A stretch of DNA of 64,000 bases from Cycas panzhihuaensis (taxonomy: Eukaryota; Plantae; Cycadophyta): positions 198,159,741 through 198,223,740 of the forward strand of contig CM041465.1 of the NCBI GenBank assembly GCA_023213395.1. Reading direction: 5' to 3'. Below the pieces are notes generated by a model. That model was not told the origin of the DNA, did no database searches, and saw nothing but the letters and a program-made list of their open reading frames with translations. The translations under genes were made by a program, and so were the position numbers. Below, in pieces: positions 1 to 13,695 of the stretch (positions are counted from its first letter, which is position 1; each line of letters opens with the position of its first letter).

Positions 1-1951
1 CTATAAAGTCATTTGTATTTCAATTAATGTTTTAAAATAAAATTTTGACATTTTGATGAGTTATATTTACTTCTTTATTTGCCATATTTTTGGTACTATC
101 AAAAGTATGCCCAATTATATTTTTAGAGTAAAGCTACATTTTTGGTAGATCTAGAAACATGACTGGTCATATTTTTTACTGTTATGTATGTAAAACTTGG
201 CCAACATGCCAAATTTTTATATGCTTCCACCTAAATTTAATGAAATCCTATCTTTATCATGACCTACACTTATCAAAAATATGTGATTATCTATCATAGA
301 GAGTTAAAGTATGATTTTTTCAAGTTTTGTGTAAATTTTGAGAGATTTTTAGAGACTTTTGGAGACTGCTTTTACTGTGACAAAATTAGCTTTTGGTAAT
401 ACTTTTGGGTGAAACTAGGAAGTGAGATTAATACTAAGCTTACTACTCTACTGAGGTTTAAATTTTAATAGTTTGTATTTCAAGTTTTATGGTTTCTCTC
501 AAGACTTTAGCCTTAAAACTCTTCTAAATTGGCAAGATCTTTCCTATGTGATTTTTTATCATTTCATTATTTATTAGAGGATGTTTCTTGCTTAAAATTT
601 ACTCTCTCTTTTGGCTGGTTATTATGGTGATCTTGTATATGTTTTTTCCTTAGAATATTGGTTTAACGATTAGCCCTTTATGGGGTTCACAAGAGATAGG
701 CTAAGGTGGGGCATGGTCATCTCTCCACCATTCAAATAGCTACCTCTTCCCATTCTCCTATAGCAGTCTATATTCCAAGTAGTTTGTGATCCCTTTTAGC
801 TTATATTTGGCTATGGTTCAGCCCTTATTACTTATTATCTTTTTTTCTTTACTTGTTTTAAAGGAAAGTTTAAAGAGAATTGATCAATTGAAAGAAAGGA
901 GACATTCTGAGGCAGAATTTTATACTAGAGAAGAAGTCATGATTATATTGCTTGCGTGATTTCACTCTTAAATTTGTTTTCTTCCTTTGAAAAGAAGAAT
1001 TTAAATTTGTTAAATGAATATATATTTGATTTTTCAAATTACTAGAGGTTAAAGGATCCCTTGGGAGTCTCTCTTGCTCTAATTATAATAGAATCTTAAA
1101 GTTGTATGACTAGTTTCTTATATAAGGATTATAATTGAATTTTTATTATTTACATGCAACTTTAGGGGTCTAAAAATTTATTTTGAACAATAGTAGTATG
1201 CCTTTGAAATTTCTCTTTTGCATCATAGAACATTCATTCAAAGAAAAGATAGCATGTGTGTGATATAAGGATCTTTTAATTAATATTACATGTTATCAAA
1301 TTTTTTAAAAGTTTGCATAGAATAATTACATTATGTGTTGCATCTCTTATTAGTTCTTTTCTTTTTATAGTGAAGTGTGCATATTCAATTTAAAAGGATA
1401 GTCTTATATTTGCATTAGTGTGCTTCATCTTTAAACCAAAAAAGACAAAAAATATATTGCATGCATCTAGTTTTTCTTTGCTTGTTCATTGAAGGTAGAA
1501 AAGGTCTTGCTACTTCATTAATTGCCTTTGTTTATTTTATTTCATTTTATTAAGCATACAAAATAAAAATATAAAAAGAAAGAAAACCTTTCCATTCATT
1601 TAACTCTTCCCCTTTATTCAATTAAAACTTAAAATGTTGAAAGAATCAAAGGATAGAAGCCCCATAGGAAGGGCACATAAAATATTATTAGAGTAGCTCC
1701 AAACTTAAACTCCTTCACCCAATTATATAGGCTAGTAGATCCTACCACACCCATATATCCAATCCTTCTATCATCTTACTTATTCATAGCTTTACTAGAT
1801 GACATAACTAGGTGAAGACTCCTTCTTAAGAGTTGGGTAAAGGTGGTTAGTTAGGTCTTCTTAAACTTTATATCTCCTAGTATTGATTAAAAGAAAGGAA
1901 ATACCTCACGGATTTAGAGATATATAGTTTAGGTCCACCTAAGATATACCA
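1..1951 (+). mobile_element. LTR (3' or solo; start lies outside the window) of a Tat-type family related to element D
   Basis: Collinear patchy similarity to the D 3' LTR: 660-780 vs 39045-39165, 850-920 vs 39230-39300, 1800-1951 vs 40150-40304. Ends ...gatatacCA at 1951 with no PBS after it. Confidence 0.55.
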
Positions 1952-2072
1952 TACCCTTAAAGTTTTTAGTCTTATTTTATCTCTCTAGTATATATATTTT
2001 TTAAACAACCACTTTATCTTCATTAATTCCTTCTTATTTTCATTCTTGTCTTTTTTAGCTTATATCTATCCA

Positions 2073-4475
2073 TATGATGGCTTGCACTCAATTAGCTCAT
2101 ATTTTAGAATTAGAGACTTAGTTCATAGATATGAATAATAGCATTACTTAGATTGATAAAAAAATAGATAAGTTGAATAATGCTCTATCAGAAAATAGCT
2201 AAGATAGATGATGATATTGCAAAGCTCTCTGCATGGTTATTTGTTTTAATATCTAGCATGGCATCTACCTTAAATTTAATAAGAACCCTACTTCCACATC
2301 CCCCACATATATCCACTCCCCAATAATGTTAATAGTCATTTCACTATAAAATTAAAATAGCAACATTTGATTTAGATCTTAATAGGGATAATATGACAAG
2401 TTAGATTAGCAAGTTGGAATCATACTTTGCTTTAAACCTTATGTGTACTACAGATTAATTGACATTTTTCTCTATTTATTTAAAATGCAAGGCACATCAT
2501 TTGTTCTATTGGTAGTAATAAAAATATCCAACAAATTAAACCTATAAATAATTTTACAAGAATTTATTTGAATAATATAAATAAACATAAAACCAACCCT
2601 TATTTAGTCAACTCACTTCACTAAAATAAATAATATCCATCTAAATATATATTAAAGAATTTTGGACATTATATAATCAAGTCATCCAATTATTTGATCA
2701 ATAAATAACCATTGATGTATATGTATCTTGACTCAAGAAGCACATTAAAATGCACTTCAAGATAATTCTTATAACAAATTTAAGAGGATGTATCTCTATG
2801 GTTGAGGCTATTGAGGCTAAATTTATAGCCAAATAACTACCTATAATTTGTTGTGACTATACTTGGTACCAACATCTCTAATAAGAAAACCTACAATATC
2901 AATGACTTTGTAGGGAAGAGTTATAATATTTATTAGTATAGCCTTTAGTAGATTCATTTTGTGTACTAATAACAAAAGTAAATAGATGCAGAGAGGTTAT
3001 CCTTTGTATCAAATGCTCAAAGAAGTAGACCCTTGGTCATGATAGAGTCTGTAAAGCTTACCAAATGGTCTCCACCATTAACCATAAGTTTTCTTCAGAG
3101 GAATATTTTGATACCAACCATAAACTTAAAGATGAACCTTCGCAAGAACTAATCCTAAATCCTAACCTTGACGTGTCTTTATCTAATGTTTCTTATACCT
3201 CTTACTTTTAACCACTTTGTGTTAATAGAATACTTCAAAAAGACCCCATTACCATCTTGATTGATAATGGTGCATTGCTTTACTTTATTGATATATCCTC
3301 AATCAAGAAACTTAACTTACATATTTTTCTTAAAATTGGGTTCACCTATTCTCTACCAAGATATCATACTATCAATTATGCAAGAATAATAAAAAAATTA
3401 TATATTCATATTGGCAGTTACCATTTGGTTTTAGATTTCTATGCCTTATCTATTAGAGGATTAGATGTTATCCTTAGGGCATAGTGGCTCTTAGTACCTA
3501 TAGCACTAATAATTCTCCTAATATTCCTTTCATATTATTCAAAGATAATCATGGCTAAATACATAAGATTCATAGTATTTAATTGTCTAGTAATGAATTT
3601 ATCTTCCTAAATTATATATATAAATAATTGAATAGTAGTATTGGTTATATAGTATACATCAACAATGTTTAAGTCTATATTAATATCAATATGGATATCT
3701 AACACATCCTCCCCAAGTACTTGTCTACCTTTGCTCCACTTCTTACTAGCCACCTCATCCCCCCTCTAGATTATGGCTATTACCATACCATAGAGCTAAA
3801 AACCCCTTACAATCCCATCAGCCTTAGACTTTATCAAAATTTATACTTATAAAAGAATAAAATTAAGAAAATTACTAATGATATAATGGATATAGGTATC
3901 ATCCAACCTAGAAAAAGTCCCTATGCTACCTATATTATCCTTGTTTATAAAAAATATGGCTTATTTAAACTATATATTAACTATCATAAACTTAACAAGA
4001 TCATTATAAAAAGTAAGTTTGTAACCCAAAGGATTGATGACATGCTAGATGAAATCTATGTTGTTATTATGTTCTCTAAATTAGATCTTCAATAAAGATA
4101 TTTTTAAATCCTTATTACTCCTGAAGATCATCATAACAATGCCTTCTGAATGTATCATGGCCACTTTAAATTTCAATCCATACCCTTTGGCCTTTGTAAT
4201 ACCCTAGCTATATTTTAGGCCTTAATGAATAAAATGTTTACCCATTGCCTTTGAAAATTTGTCATTATTTTCTTTGATAACATACTTATTTATAATTCTT
4301 ACATGACTCATCACCTCTAACATTTAGAAGTTCTCCTTTAGGTTCTCCTCAAGCATTAATACTATGCTAAGTTATCTAAATGTAAATTTGGAAAATCTAA
4401 GTTACAGTACTTAGGCCACATCATTTCTTCAGAAGGTGTCCATATTGACTCAAATAAAGTTTTAGTGATCATTGT
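2073..4475 (+). pseudogene. Chromovirus-type Ty3/gypsy gag-protease-RT remnant, truncated in the RT C-terminus
   Basis: Protease-like LIDNGALLYFID (3257); RT GIIQPRKSPY...INYHKLNKIIIKSKF..RIDDMLDEI..FSKLDL (3886-4095); then HGHFKF..PFGLCN.P, FVIIFFDNILIY and KCKFG..KLQYLGHIIS, with stops and frameshifts. Confidence 0.88.
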
Positions 4476-5826
4476 ATAGTCGAGAGAGATCATATCCTAA
4501 ATTGGTGGGGCAGAGAGGGAGCGAGATCACCTAGCTACTAAGAGAGATCATATCCTAGTTAAGAGGGATCACCTATAGAACTAGTACGATCATTTGGTTG
4601 ACTAGATAGTTGTCAGGTCATCACGTAGCAGGACACACATGACCCCCATGATAAAGTAGAGTCCCAAGGATGAGGAGAGTGAGGCAATGACCTTGTAGAG
4701 ATACTAAAGGAGTTTAGGAGGGATGCAGTCCCCTAATAAGGGATTAGGTAGATGAGGGGATGACACCCCCTAAGAGCATGGCATCTAAGAGATTTTGTAC
4801 ACTATGTGTTTTGACAAGAAATCTTTGAACCTCTAGGGAGTTCTATCTCATGTGGTTATATGACTGTACTCCTCCCTACAAGGATTCTAGCTTCCTAGGG
4901 CATATTGTTGAGATGATGTATCATATAATTTTGATACATCCTATTACTTTATATCCATGATACTATTATTTTTGTTTGCGATGTAGCTTGTTTTGTTTCT
5001 ATGATATATAAAGATAGACATGAACATGTATGGATATGGGTATATGGATGCATGAGTGACTATGCACTTAGTTTTAATCTGATTACTACATTATGGTTTT
5101 GATTATATTATATGTAACTAATACTCATGTGCTTCCTTTTATGCAATGCGACACTCATACTAGGTACACACATACACCATGCAAATAGGAGATGGTTACG
5201 TATGAAACTAAGGAAAATCACCACATATATTCTTCAGAGAGAGCATGATGGACATGCAAAAGAAGCACCAGCGAGGGGTACATATACCCAAACAAAAGGG
5301 ATTAGGTTAGAAAGTGACTCCATGCTCAGAAGTGAATGGGGTTTGCTTACCCAACTAGGAAAAGAGAAGATCTTCCTTGGAAAGGAGATAAAGAGATGCA
5401 ACACCAATAATAAAATCTAAAGGATGGAAGGCCACTCTAAATAATCATTGCACCTTTGACTAGGGAGAATAGTAGTATGCTTAGAGTGGTAGTTTAGTCT
5501 TATTTTATAGTGAAAGAGAGGTGTGAATATTTCCACTCAGAAGTAGAAAGAATCACCCTAGGCATGGAGGTGGATGATGAAGAGTAGGCCTTGCATGGTT
5601 AGGCCTATAGGTGGAATGGGTTTGGTCAAAACCAAACTAACATGAAGGACTCGACATGTGACAACTTGCATAGTAAGGTTGAGTTTGGGTAGGATGGGCT
5701 CTAGTCCTTGATGAGGATCTATAGCAAAGAAGAAGTGCCTTTATGACTGGCTCGTCGATGTGGATGCCTACATGAAGTCACTCGGGGAGGGTGGAAAGGT
5801 GAAAGAAATGGCTAGTTCAGAACTAG

Positions 5827-8800
5827 CTACTTGGGAGCCAATGTAGAATAAAGAGAAGAGGATATATCTAATTGGGATATCTCCTTGGGTGTGTGTGAAA
5901 CTATAATGACATGCCAAGGAAGGGGTTCGTGGCCCCCACCATCTGACTCAGAATCACCCATGAAGGTTAAGTAACCATAACTACCTACACCAATAGAGGC
6001 AAACCTAACTAGGTTTGGTTTATGATAAGGCATGGGTTCCATTTGATGAAGGTTGGTCTCCTGAAAAAGGGTTCCCATGGAAGGGATAACATTCTTAGGA
6101 TTACTATCTTCACCATCGAACATAACTTGAAAGGTTGGATAAGAAGTGTGAGATAGTGGAGGCTTACGGGTGATAACTTTATCTTGTCCTTCATTGACAA
6201 ACTTAAGCTGGCCCTAATGTGAGGAGCAAATTGCTCCCATTTGGCTGAGCCATGGTCAACCCAATAGGAGGTTATAGTCTACATCGATATCAAGTATAAT
6301 AGCATCTACATAAATGGTCTTCCCTCCTAAGGTGAGTGAAAGGGAGAATGTCCCAAAGGGAGACTTCTTGGTTCCATCATATCCTTGGTATTTCCAAGGG
6401 ATAGACTCGAGAGCCACTACACCTAACTTATTAAGAATGCATACAGGCATAGCATTAACTAAGGAACCATTATTTATGATGGTCCTCTTTATGATAAAAT
6501 AAAGGGTGTCAATAGAAATGAAAATTAGGTAATGCAAAAGCTTTTCTCATTCACTAGGAGGTGGGAGATCATGAGGATTGAACGAGATAATAGGTGGTCC
6601 ATGGGAGGTAGTGCCTACAGCATGGACGAGAGCATCTTATTAGCCAAGAGATTCGAAAGCAAGAGCATGTTACTCAGGGCAACTCCTTAAGATATCCATC
6701 ATGGATATTCTGGTAGACACAGAGTGGAGCTCATCTATGATCATGAAGGACTTCCCTTTCCCGATAGGTTGGGGAAGTGCCCTTTAGAAATCATAATGAC
6801 CTAGGCAGACAAGAATGGTCTTTATGTGTGCTAGAATCTTAGAAAGTGGAGTATCTATAGAAAAGTGTGGTTGAGAAGAGGAACCCCTAATGTCCTTTTT
6901 GGCTACTTGAGACCTGGCGACAATGTGTAAAGGGGTGGTCTCAAGAATTTGAATTACTCTCTTTCCTTTATTATAGGATTAAGAGGGTGAGGAGGTTCGA
7001 TGGCAAGAACTAAGAGGAGAGGATGAATTTCTTACCCCATTTCATTTTGCTTGCATAGAAGAAGGGTTAGGAGATCATCCCGTATTCTAGTTACCCCTAT
7101 TTTGGGTGTTTTGATCCTATGCCCCATGTTTAAGGAAGGGATCCCTATAGATAGGCCAGTCTAAATTAGGCTTAGATGCCTGTCTAGAAGAGGAGTCATA
7201 AGGTAAGGCAAGTTCGGGATGCTACACCTAACATTACGAGTCCTCATGGAAGCACTCACCATAAATAGAATAATACTTTGTATCTAGGGAAGGTTTGGTC
7301 TTCCTTATTTGGGAGGAGTTGGTATTTCTATTTCTAGGAGGTGCAGCTTGAGAGGCCTGATGGGCAGGTCTATGAGAGTTTGAGGGTAAAGAAGGAGTTT
7401 GGAGCTTAAGCTTCTTCATCATATATTCGAAAGAATGTATAGTAGAAGTTACAAGATCTAGGGTCTTCTCTATTGAGTGGGTAGAAGATTTTCAAGGTTA
7501 TTAGGATCTTAGGTCACATGATGGAGAGGGTGCCTCTTGTCATTATGATGGTTTGAGAGGTTTCTTGAGATCTGATTGGATCTCAATAGCCTTAAGTACC
7601 AAGCATTTAGATATGGTAGAGTCACACATTGTTGCCTCCATTTTGAGGACTTCAACATGGACCTCAGGGCAGAGGGCATTCATGAAAAGGTCCCTCTTTA
7701 ATTCCTTGGGCAATGTAGCCTTCATTAAATGCAAAAGGTCATGAAAGTATCTCATAAAGTTATGATTCATTTCCTTGTGACCATGCTTGAGTAAGAGTAG
7801 AGATTTCATTCCACTCTCAAAAGGATGAGCTATATCAAAGTATGGATGGAATGGGTAGGGAGATGACAAAACCACTTGAGGGCATCTTCCAAAAAGGATG
7901 TGGAAAGAGTTTTATCAGAATATAATCATAAGCCCAATAATTAATGCATGCCATGGAAAAGCTCCTAACATGCTCTGTGTTATATAATATGATAACAATA
8001 TTTTGGAGGCTAAAATTTTGATAGGTTGGTAGTGTGGTTTCTCCCCCAAACTTCCACTGAGGGTTCTAAGGAGGGCGGGAGCCCCCTTTGGCTAGGGTGG
8101 TGCAGGGGGCGCGGAACGCCCCTTGCAAAGAGGGGGTTCAGGGGTGATAGCCCCCGACCCAAAAAGGTAGCACTGAAAGCATACTAAATTGCAAAGAGAA
8201 TTAGGGTTGTTGGCTTAAAAATACCCTAGATTCTATGGTCAAGATTTATGCCTTCTATGACTATATTATGTAGCCCAATTTAGGGTGTTTTTCATTATGT
8301 TGATGATGTTCGATGTATTGGATATACTATGAGGAGTTGGGTGGCTAGTTGTTATTGCTATAAGTATTCTACTATAGATTGTGTACATTTCTCCATTCTT
8401 GATAATAAAGATTAATACCTTTCTTGTGTGGATGTTTCCTTAACACACTGCTAGGCTTTTACCACATTATATTAGGTGTATATGTGATGCTTAGCTTTCT
8501 TATTCATTTTATTATATTATCTCTAGTTTAAGAACTTGCATGTTAAATTTCAGTTTTAATTCCTATAACTAGCTGCAAAATAGTTTAGATCTTGGTGGCA
8601 GTTTCAGGTTATTGGGAGCTTGTCTTCTCAATACTTTGTTAGGTCATGCGATGAGGTCTCATCAAATCTTGGTACCTCATAGGGATGAGGCAGTAAGTTT
8701 TTCCTTAGTACCTTAATAGACAAAGGGATCGACCTATAATCAACAAAAGGGAAAACCCTTGGTTGAGCTAATGGGTCGACAAAAGGAGAAGGAGGAGGTG

Positions 8801-9847
8801 GGTATGGATATCCAAATCCTCCTTGAGAGGTTTGACTATAAAAGGTACCTGGGTTCCCTCTCACTTAGTGGGAAGGAACCATTCCCATTTAAGAGGGTGT
8901 TGAAAAGGAAGTGAATAGGTAAGAGGGACCCACTCCCCCTTGAGGATATGCCCCTTGTTGAGAGGGGACTTAGGGAAAAATCCTTGAGAAGGGGAAAACC
9001 CTCCTTAAGAAGGTGTCATATACAAGATTGTACAAAAAGATAGAAGAGATAGGTTTGGAATTAGATTTTTCCTATATGGGCCACCATGGGAGGTGTAACA
9101 ATATATGGGTGGAGAGAGTCTACCCCATAGACAAGAAGGGGATTTCCCTTCCTATGTCCCAATGGTTGGGATGTGTATCTTAGGGGTAGATAAAGGGAAA
9201 GATCCCTAGATTGAGATTGATGGCATATGGGGATAGATCCCATATGACTTGAAGAAGGGCAGCAAGAGGGCCCTCTAGGTCAGGTGATAGGGGCATGGTT
9301 GGCTAACTAGGAGGATATATGCTTAATCTAATATGAGAGGTAAGTATACCTTATATAGTTCCTAGGGTATAAGGGATATATAAAGAAGAAGGGATAATAG
9401 GGGATAGCCTTATCGTAGACATTAATGTAGATTGGGAAGAAAAGGAGGTCTAGATGAAGAAGAAGGAGGCGCCATACTATGTAGGATGCGTTCTAATCAC
9501 TTTGGAGGTAGTTAGATGCTCATAGCCTAGGAGCATTATTGTAATGCTTCTACAACATCTACAAGAGGGGTTCCTACTTGCTCGTCTGAGGTGGAAGGAT
9601 CCTCATATGAAGTAGACTTCACAGGTTGATCCTCATGGGTATTCTCACTAAGGTGGTTATATCCTATGGAGGATGACACACCCATGTCATGCATGGGAAG
9701 ATGATAGAAATCTAAGTGTTCTTGGTCACTTGGATAAAGCGTAGGTTCATGACCCTCTTGGGTAGGACCTTGAAATGAGGTTGAGGTTTATGGCTAGGTC
9801 TTGGAAACATAGGCAAGATATACCTATTCTAAGGGATATCCTTCCAT
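5827..9847 (-). pseudogene. gag-protease of B (left unit), interrupted by a solo LTR
   Basis: Pro-rich N-terminus; gag core VPRFDETSSHDLTK / YFDIAHPFESGMKSLLLLKHG...DLFMNALCPEV; protease TIINNGSLVNAM...YQGYDG...DVDYNLLLG (6256-6537). Confidence 0.85.
7978..8633. mobile_element. Solo LTR (656 bp) inserted in B gag, with 5-bp TSD ctctg/ctttg
   Basis: Absent from the sister unit at ~20555. Starts TGTTAT, ends CAATA (decayed CAACA). Flanks 7973-7977 and 8634-8638 differ by one base. Confidence 0.85.
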
Positions 9848-10085
9848 GGCCAATTCAAAATCAAATAAAGGAAGGGAGGAATAAGGAGATTCTTCCAAAG
9901 TAGGAGGGAGACCTCATAGATGATAAGAAAATTGTTATATTCAAGTTCCTCCTACAATTTTGAAAGAGGTAAGGATAAAAGCAAAGAAAAGATGTTGGGG
10001 ATTTCTTAACAAATCTTGAAGGGAATAAACCAAAGGAGAAGGGCAATGCTAACACAACAGAAATTAGAGTATTCCCTTACTATGG

Positions 10086-10103
10086 TCCCTAGTATGGTCA
10101 CAA
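10086..10103 (-). promoter_or_regulatory. Primer-binding site of B (left unit)
   Basis: Minus strand ...ttcCA-c-TTGTGACCATACTAGGGA directly after the LTR end; same motif as the other PBS copies. Confidence 0.75.
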
Positions 10104-10104
10104 G

Positions 10105-13100
10105 TGGAAGTATGCCTCTAGGGGGTCACTATGGATAAGAGCACCTAATCTAACACTACAAGTATAACAGAGGCTTAAGGGTCTAAAAAAGGCATTCGTA
10201 TATCAAAACCTAGGTTTAGGAACCCACAAATAGCACTTAATGCCTTCTCCTTTATGTGGTTACCATCTTTGATTTAGATTGGTCAAGGCCATCCTCACTT
10301 TATCGAGTAGCCTAAGGGAGAGCTCTTCTATCCTTAAGGGGAAGGGGAGGAGAAGGAATGCCCTCTTCTAGAGAGGAGACAAGAGGAAAAGATAATTTCT
10401 TATGAAGTGGGGACCTAAAAGCAAGAGGAAGGCAGTGGTTGGTCAAAGGGAAAGGGGAGATTTGGGATATACAAGAGCCAAATCTAAAGGATAAGACTAT
10501 TAGACTTGTTTTAGGTTACCTAAAGGGTTTGCCTTTAGGATTTAGTCTAAATGTAGGGTTTATTGAGTTATATTAAGGGTTTGGATTGTGTCCTTTATTT
10601 TAGTTGTAAGATGATGTGGCAAAAATCAAGGTCTTAGTCTTGAGAAAAGAACACTCTCTTTTAACTTCACTCTCTTTTCCTTTTTCTACAAAAGAATGAT
10701 TCAAGGGAGGGGATAAAAGAGAGGGCAGAAATAAATGATCTATATGGATTTTTTCTTTGATGCTTTCTTTTGCTACAAAAAAAGAATTCTTTTGAATTAG
10801 ATTATGTTTCCTTAACCTTTTCCTTATGTGCATGTATACATGCAAGATGAAAAGAGGTGATGGATAGGAAAATAGGATTCTTTAGTTGTTCTATCCTTTC
10901 TTTTTCTAATGAAAATGTGTTTATTCATGCCACCTTCCTATATGCATGCAAATAAAGGAGAAAAGAATGATCCTTATTATTTTATTCTTTTCACAAAAAG
11001 GAGAGGAAGTGAAAGGACAAGAGTACATGCATATGCATATATCCTTTATATCCCTTTCCTATGAGTGAAAATGTATAAAAGGAAGGCTATAACTCATGTG
11101 CAAGCATAAATCAATTTCTTTTTAGGAAAGGGGGGAATAAAAGGAGGGAGAGAGAAGAGTTTGTGAGAAGCATATTACGAGATGTGTTGGTTGATAAAGC
11201 AATGCACCCCTTCCCTCTGTGCTTCCCTCATTCGTGGCTCCATGCTCCAAATCATGGGGCTTCCTTACGTTTCCCAAAGTATTTATAAAGCAAGGAAATC
11301 TAGAAAGAAAAAATAATGAAAAGTAGATACATAAAGCAAAAACATACCTCTTTGTTGTGGTGTGATTCTACTTACCTGGGAGGATGCCTTGAAACTCACA
11401 AGTAATAAACTAGTCTATGCATATATATAGTAGTGTGTATGCCTTATCAAGGTGAAGTTAAAGTTTATCTTGTGTGTTAACGAAGAAATAAAAAAGTGTG
11501 TTATTTTCCTTTACATACAATAAGTGTTCCTATACAAATTTTGGGAGGAAAGGGGGGGGGAGGGGTTAAAGGAGAAGAGAATGATAGCCTCATAATGGGT
11601 AGCTCCTAGCAATGAAACACCTCCCAAAGATTGGGTCCCATATGGGAAATATGAATAATGTTAAAAGGTGTAAGGAAGAAAGTGAGTGAAAGAGTTTAAG
11701 GAATGTTGCAAAAGGGTTGAAAAAGTTAGAAATAAGCTATGAAAAGGAATGGTAATGGTAAGGTACAATAGCTAACCAAACATAGCATGCATATTCAATG
11801 AGATCAGAAACTAAGCATCACAAATATCATAAAGTAACCAACATATGTGGATCACACCCTCCAAGGTTTATTAGCATGATTAGTAGGCAAGGAACGATAG
11901 AGGTTTGAGAAGAAGGGGGTTGCCCTAGGAGAGGCAGCTATGGGAGTCAAAACTCTAGCCATCTATACCTCTTTAACCTTCCTAAATTGTTTAAAACCTA
12001 GCATACTATGAGCTAGTAGAAACTTAGGGATGGACTAATAGTGGCAAAGTAGGAGGAGAGGGTTTGCCTCTCTTTTGTCGAATAAATATTAAAGAGAATA
12101 TATAGAATAGAGCAAGAAAATGGATAAAATCAGGAGAAAAATAGATCAAAGAGAGAAATAATGGAAGACAACCTACTTTTAGCCATAAAATTCACTCAAA
12201 ATAGAAATTACATTGCCACCAAGAGAGATGGTGCTTAAATACCTATTTTCCTTGGTGAAGGAGGCCTTTTTGGAGGATGAAAGAACCTTTGATCTAGGGC
12301 AACAAGCTACTGCTACTTAGCTAAGTATAAGAGGAGAGTAATCTCACTGAGAAAGGCCTGATCTAGACCTGCAAACTAGAGTTTTACCCTTATAGAACTT
12401 GGAGCAAGAGAAGGAGAAGGAGAGTAGGGGAAGAGAGCTATTTTTTATTCGTGAGAGATTCAAAATGAATTCAAAATTAGGTTTTTGTATCCTAATTACG
12501 TTTTTGAAAGAATTAGGGTTTAATATGCATGGGAAAAGACCCTCTACCACATGCCAGATTCATAATAAATGTAAATCTGGCCATTACCTGGCTGTAGTAA
12601 CTTATGGATAGTCACTTAATAGTAAACTTCACGGTACCACAAATATTGCTACAGTACTGCTAACTTTATAGCAGTGCAAAGAAAATAAAAAATGACCTAA
12701 AGAATCCCAAAAGATTAGTCTTGAGGTGTAAAAACAGAGCTTGGTGGACTTGTAAGGGTCATTTAGGGGATCTAGGTGGTGGTGGATCCTGCCAATATGA
12801 AAAAAAGGTGAAGACTACACATTAATAGTGATGTAAAAGTGTGTAAGTGGGTAAGTATATTAAGTTCCCACCATGGGGCCTACACAACAAGTTAGAAGTG
12901 AGTTAAAGTAGGCCTACAAAGTTCCATGAGTACCTGTAAACTCTAGGGAGGTGTTTTCTAGAGCTATATGGTGCCATAGGACCATGGTCCTGAGTCATCA
13001 TAGGCTGGATCACAGTCAAGTATGAAGTAGGTAAATAAACCAAGCATCAAAATAATCTATGTAACCATGTCATATTACTAGAATCATAAACATGTCTCAA

Positions 13101-13195
13101 CATGCCATCAAAGTCAACAAGGCAAGAGGTTAGGATGTATACCTATGCTTACCTGAAAGGTATCACTCCTGCCCATTCCTGGTAGCTGGGAAATA
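10105..13195 (-). repeat. Middle LTR of B (3' LTR of the right unit and 5' LTR of the left unit)
   Basis: Preceded on the minus strand by a PPT and followed by a PBS; collinear with 22051-25110. Confidence 0.85.
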
Positions 13196-13205
13196 CTGCC
13201 CCCTT
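13196..13205 (-). promoter_or_regulatory. Polypurine tract of B
   Basis: Minus strand AAGGGGGCAG abutting the LTR start T(A)TTTCCC. Confidence 0.75.
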
Positions 13206-13695
13206 GGTAGTAGAACCTCATTGCTCGATAGTGTTTGATGATGGTGAGTGCTTTCAACATAAAAAAAAGTCAGTAGTGTTTGTCTATGCAAGTATGTTGT
13301 TGTCCAAGGGGAGTGAAGAATGCCATGACAGGTCACAAAGATAGAAGCAAAGCTAAAGTGGTATGGGGGCTACCCATACATCACCCTAGGAGTGTAGTAT
13401 GAAGGAAAGATAGGATGGGAGGGCTACCCCCATAGCACACATGTGCAATGTGAGTGCTATGTGGAGTTGTGAACACAGTCAATATGTGTATATAAATAAA
13501 AAATCTATGCATATGAAGAGTTAATATGTAAAAGCATTATGCTATGGATGGTACAAGAGTAGAGAAAAGAATCAAACCTGTGGTCATCATAGTTTAACCT
13601 CATTAGTGGTATATTTTCGGAGGAGCAAGGATAGTCACAATGAATAATGGATGATGATCTAGATGTTTACATGACGAGCCAACCCATTAGGTTAC

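Noticed and set aside
1-1951. The missing left part of the D 5' LTR
   Set aside because: It has its own terminus equivalent to 25395/40304 and is only patchily similar to the D LTR, so it is a related family.
6314-7744. Plus-strand ORFs opposite gag/protease (also 18833, 19127, 20651, and minus-strand 28136, 29482)
   Set aside because: Antisense shadows of retroelement coding frames.
10600-12611. Short ORF-track calls inside LTRs (also 22247-24704, 38185-39377, 44932, 55584, 56607, 59078)
   Set aside because: Not conserved as frames between paired LTR copies; no domain motifs.
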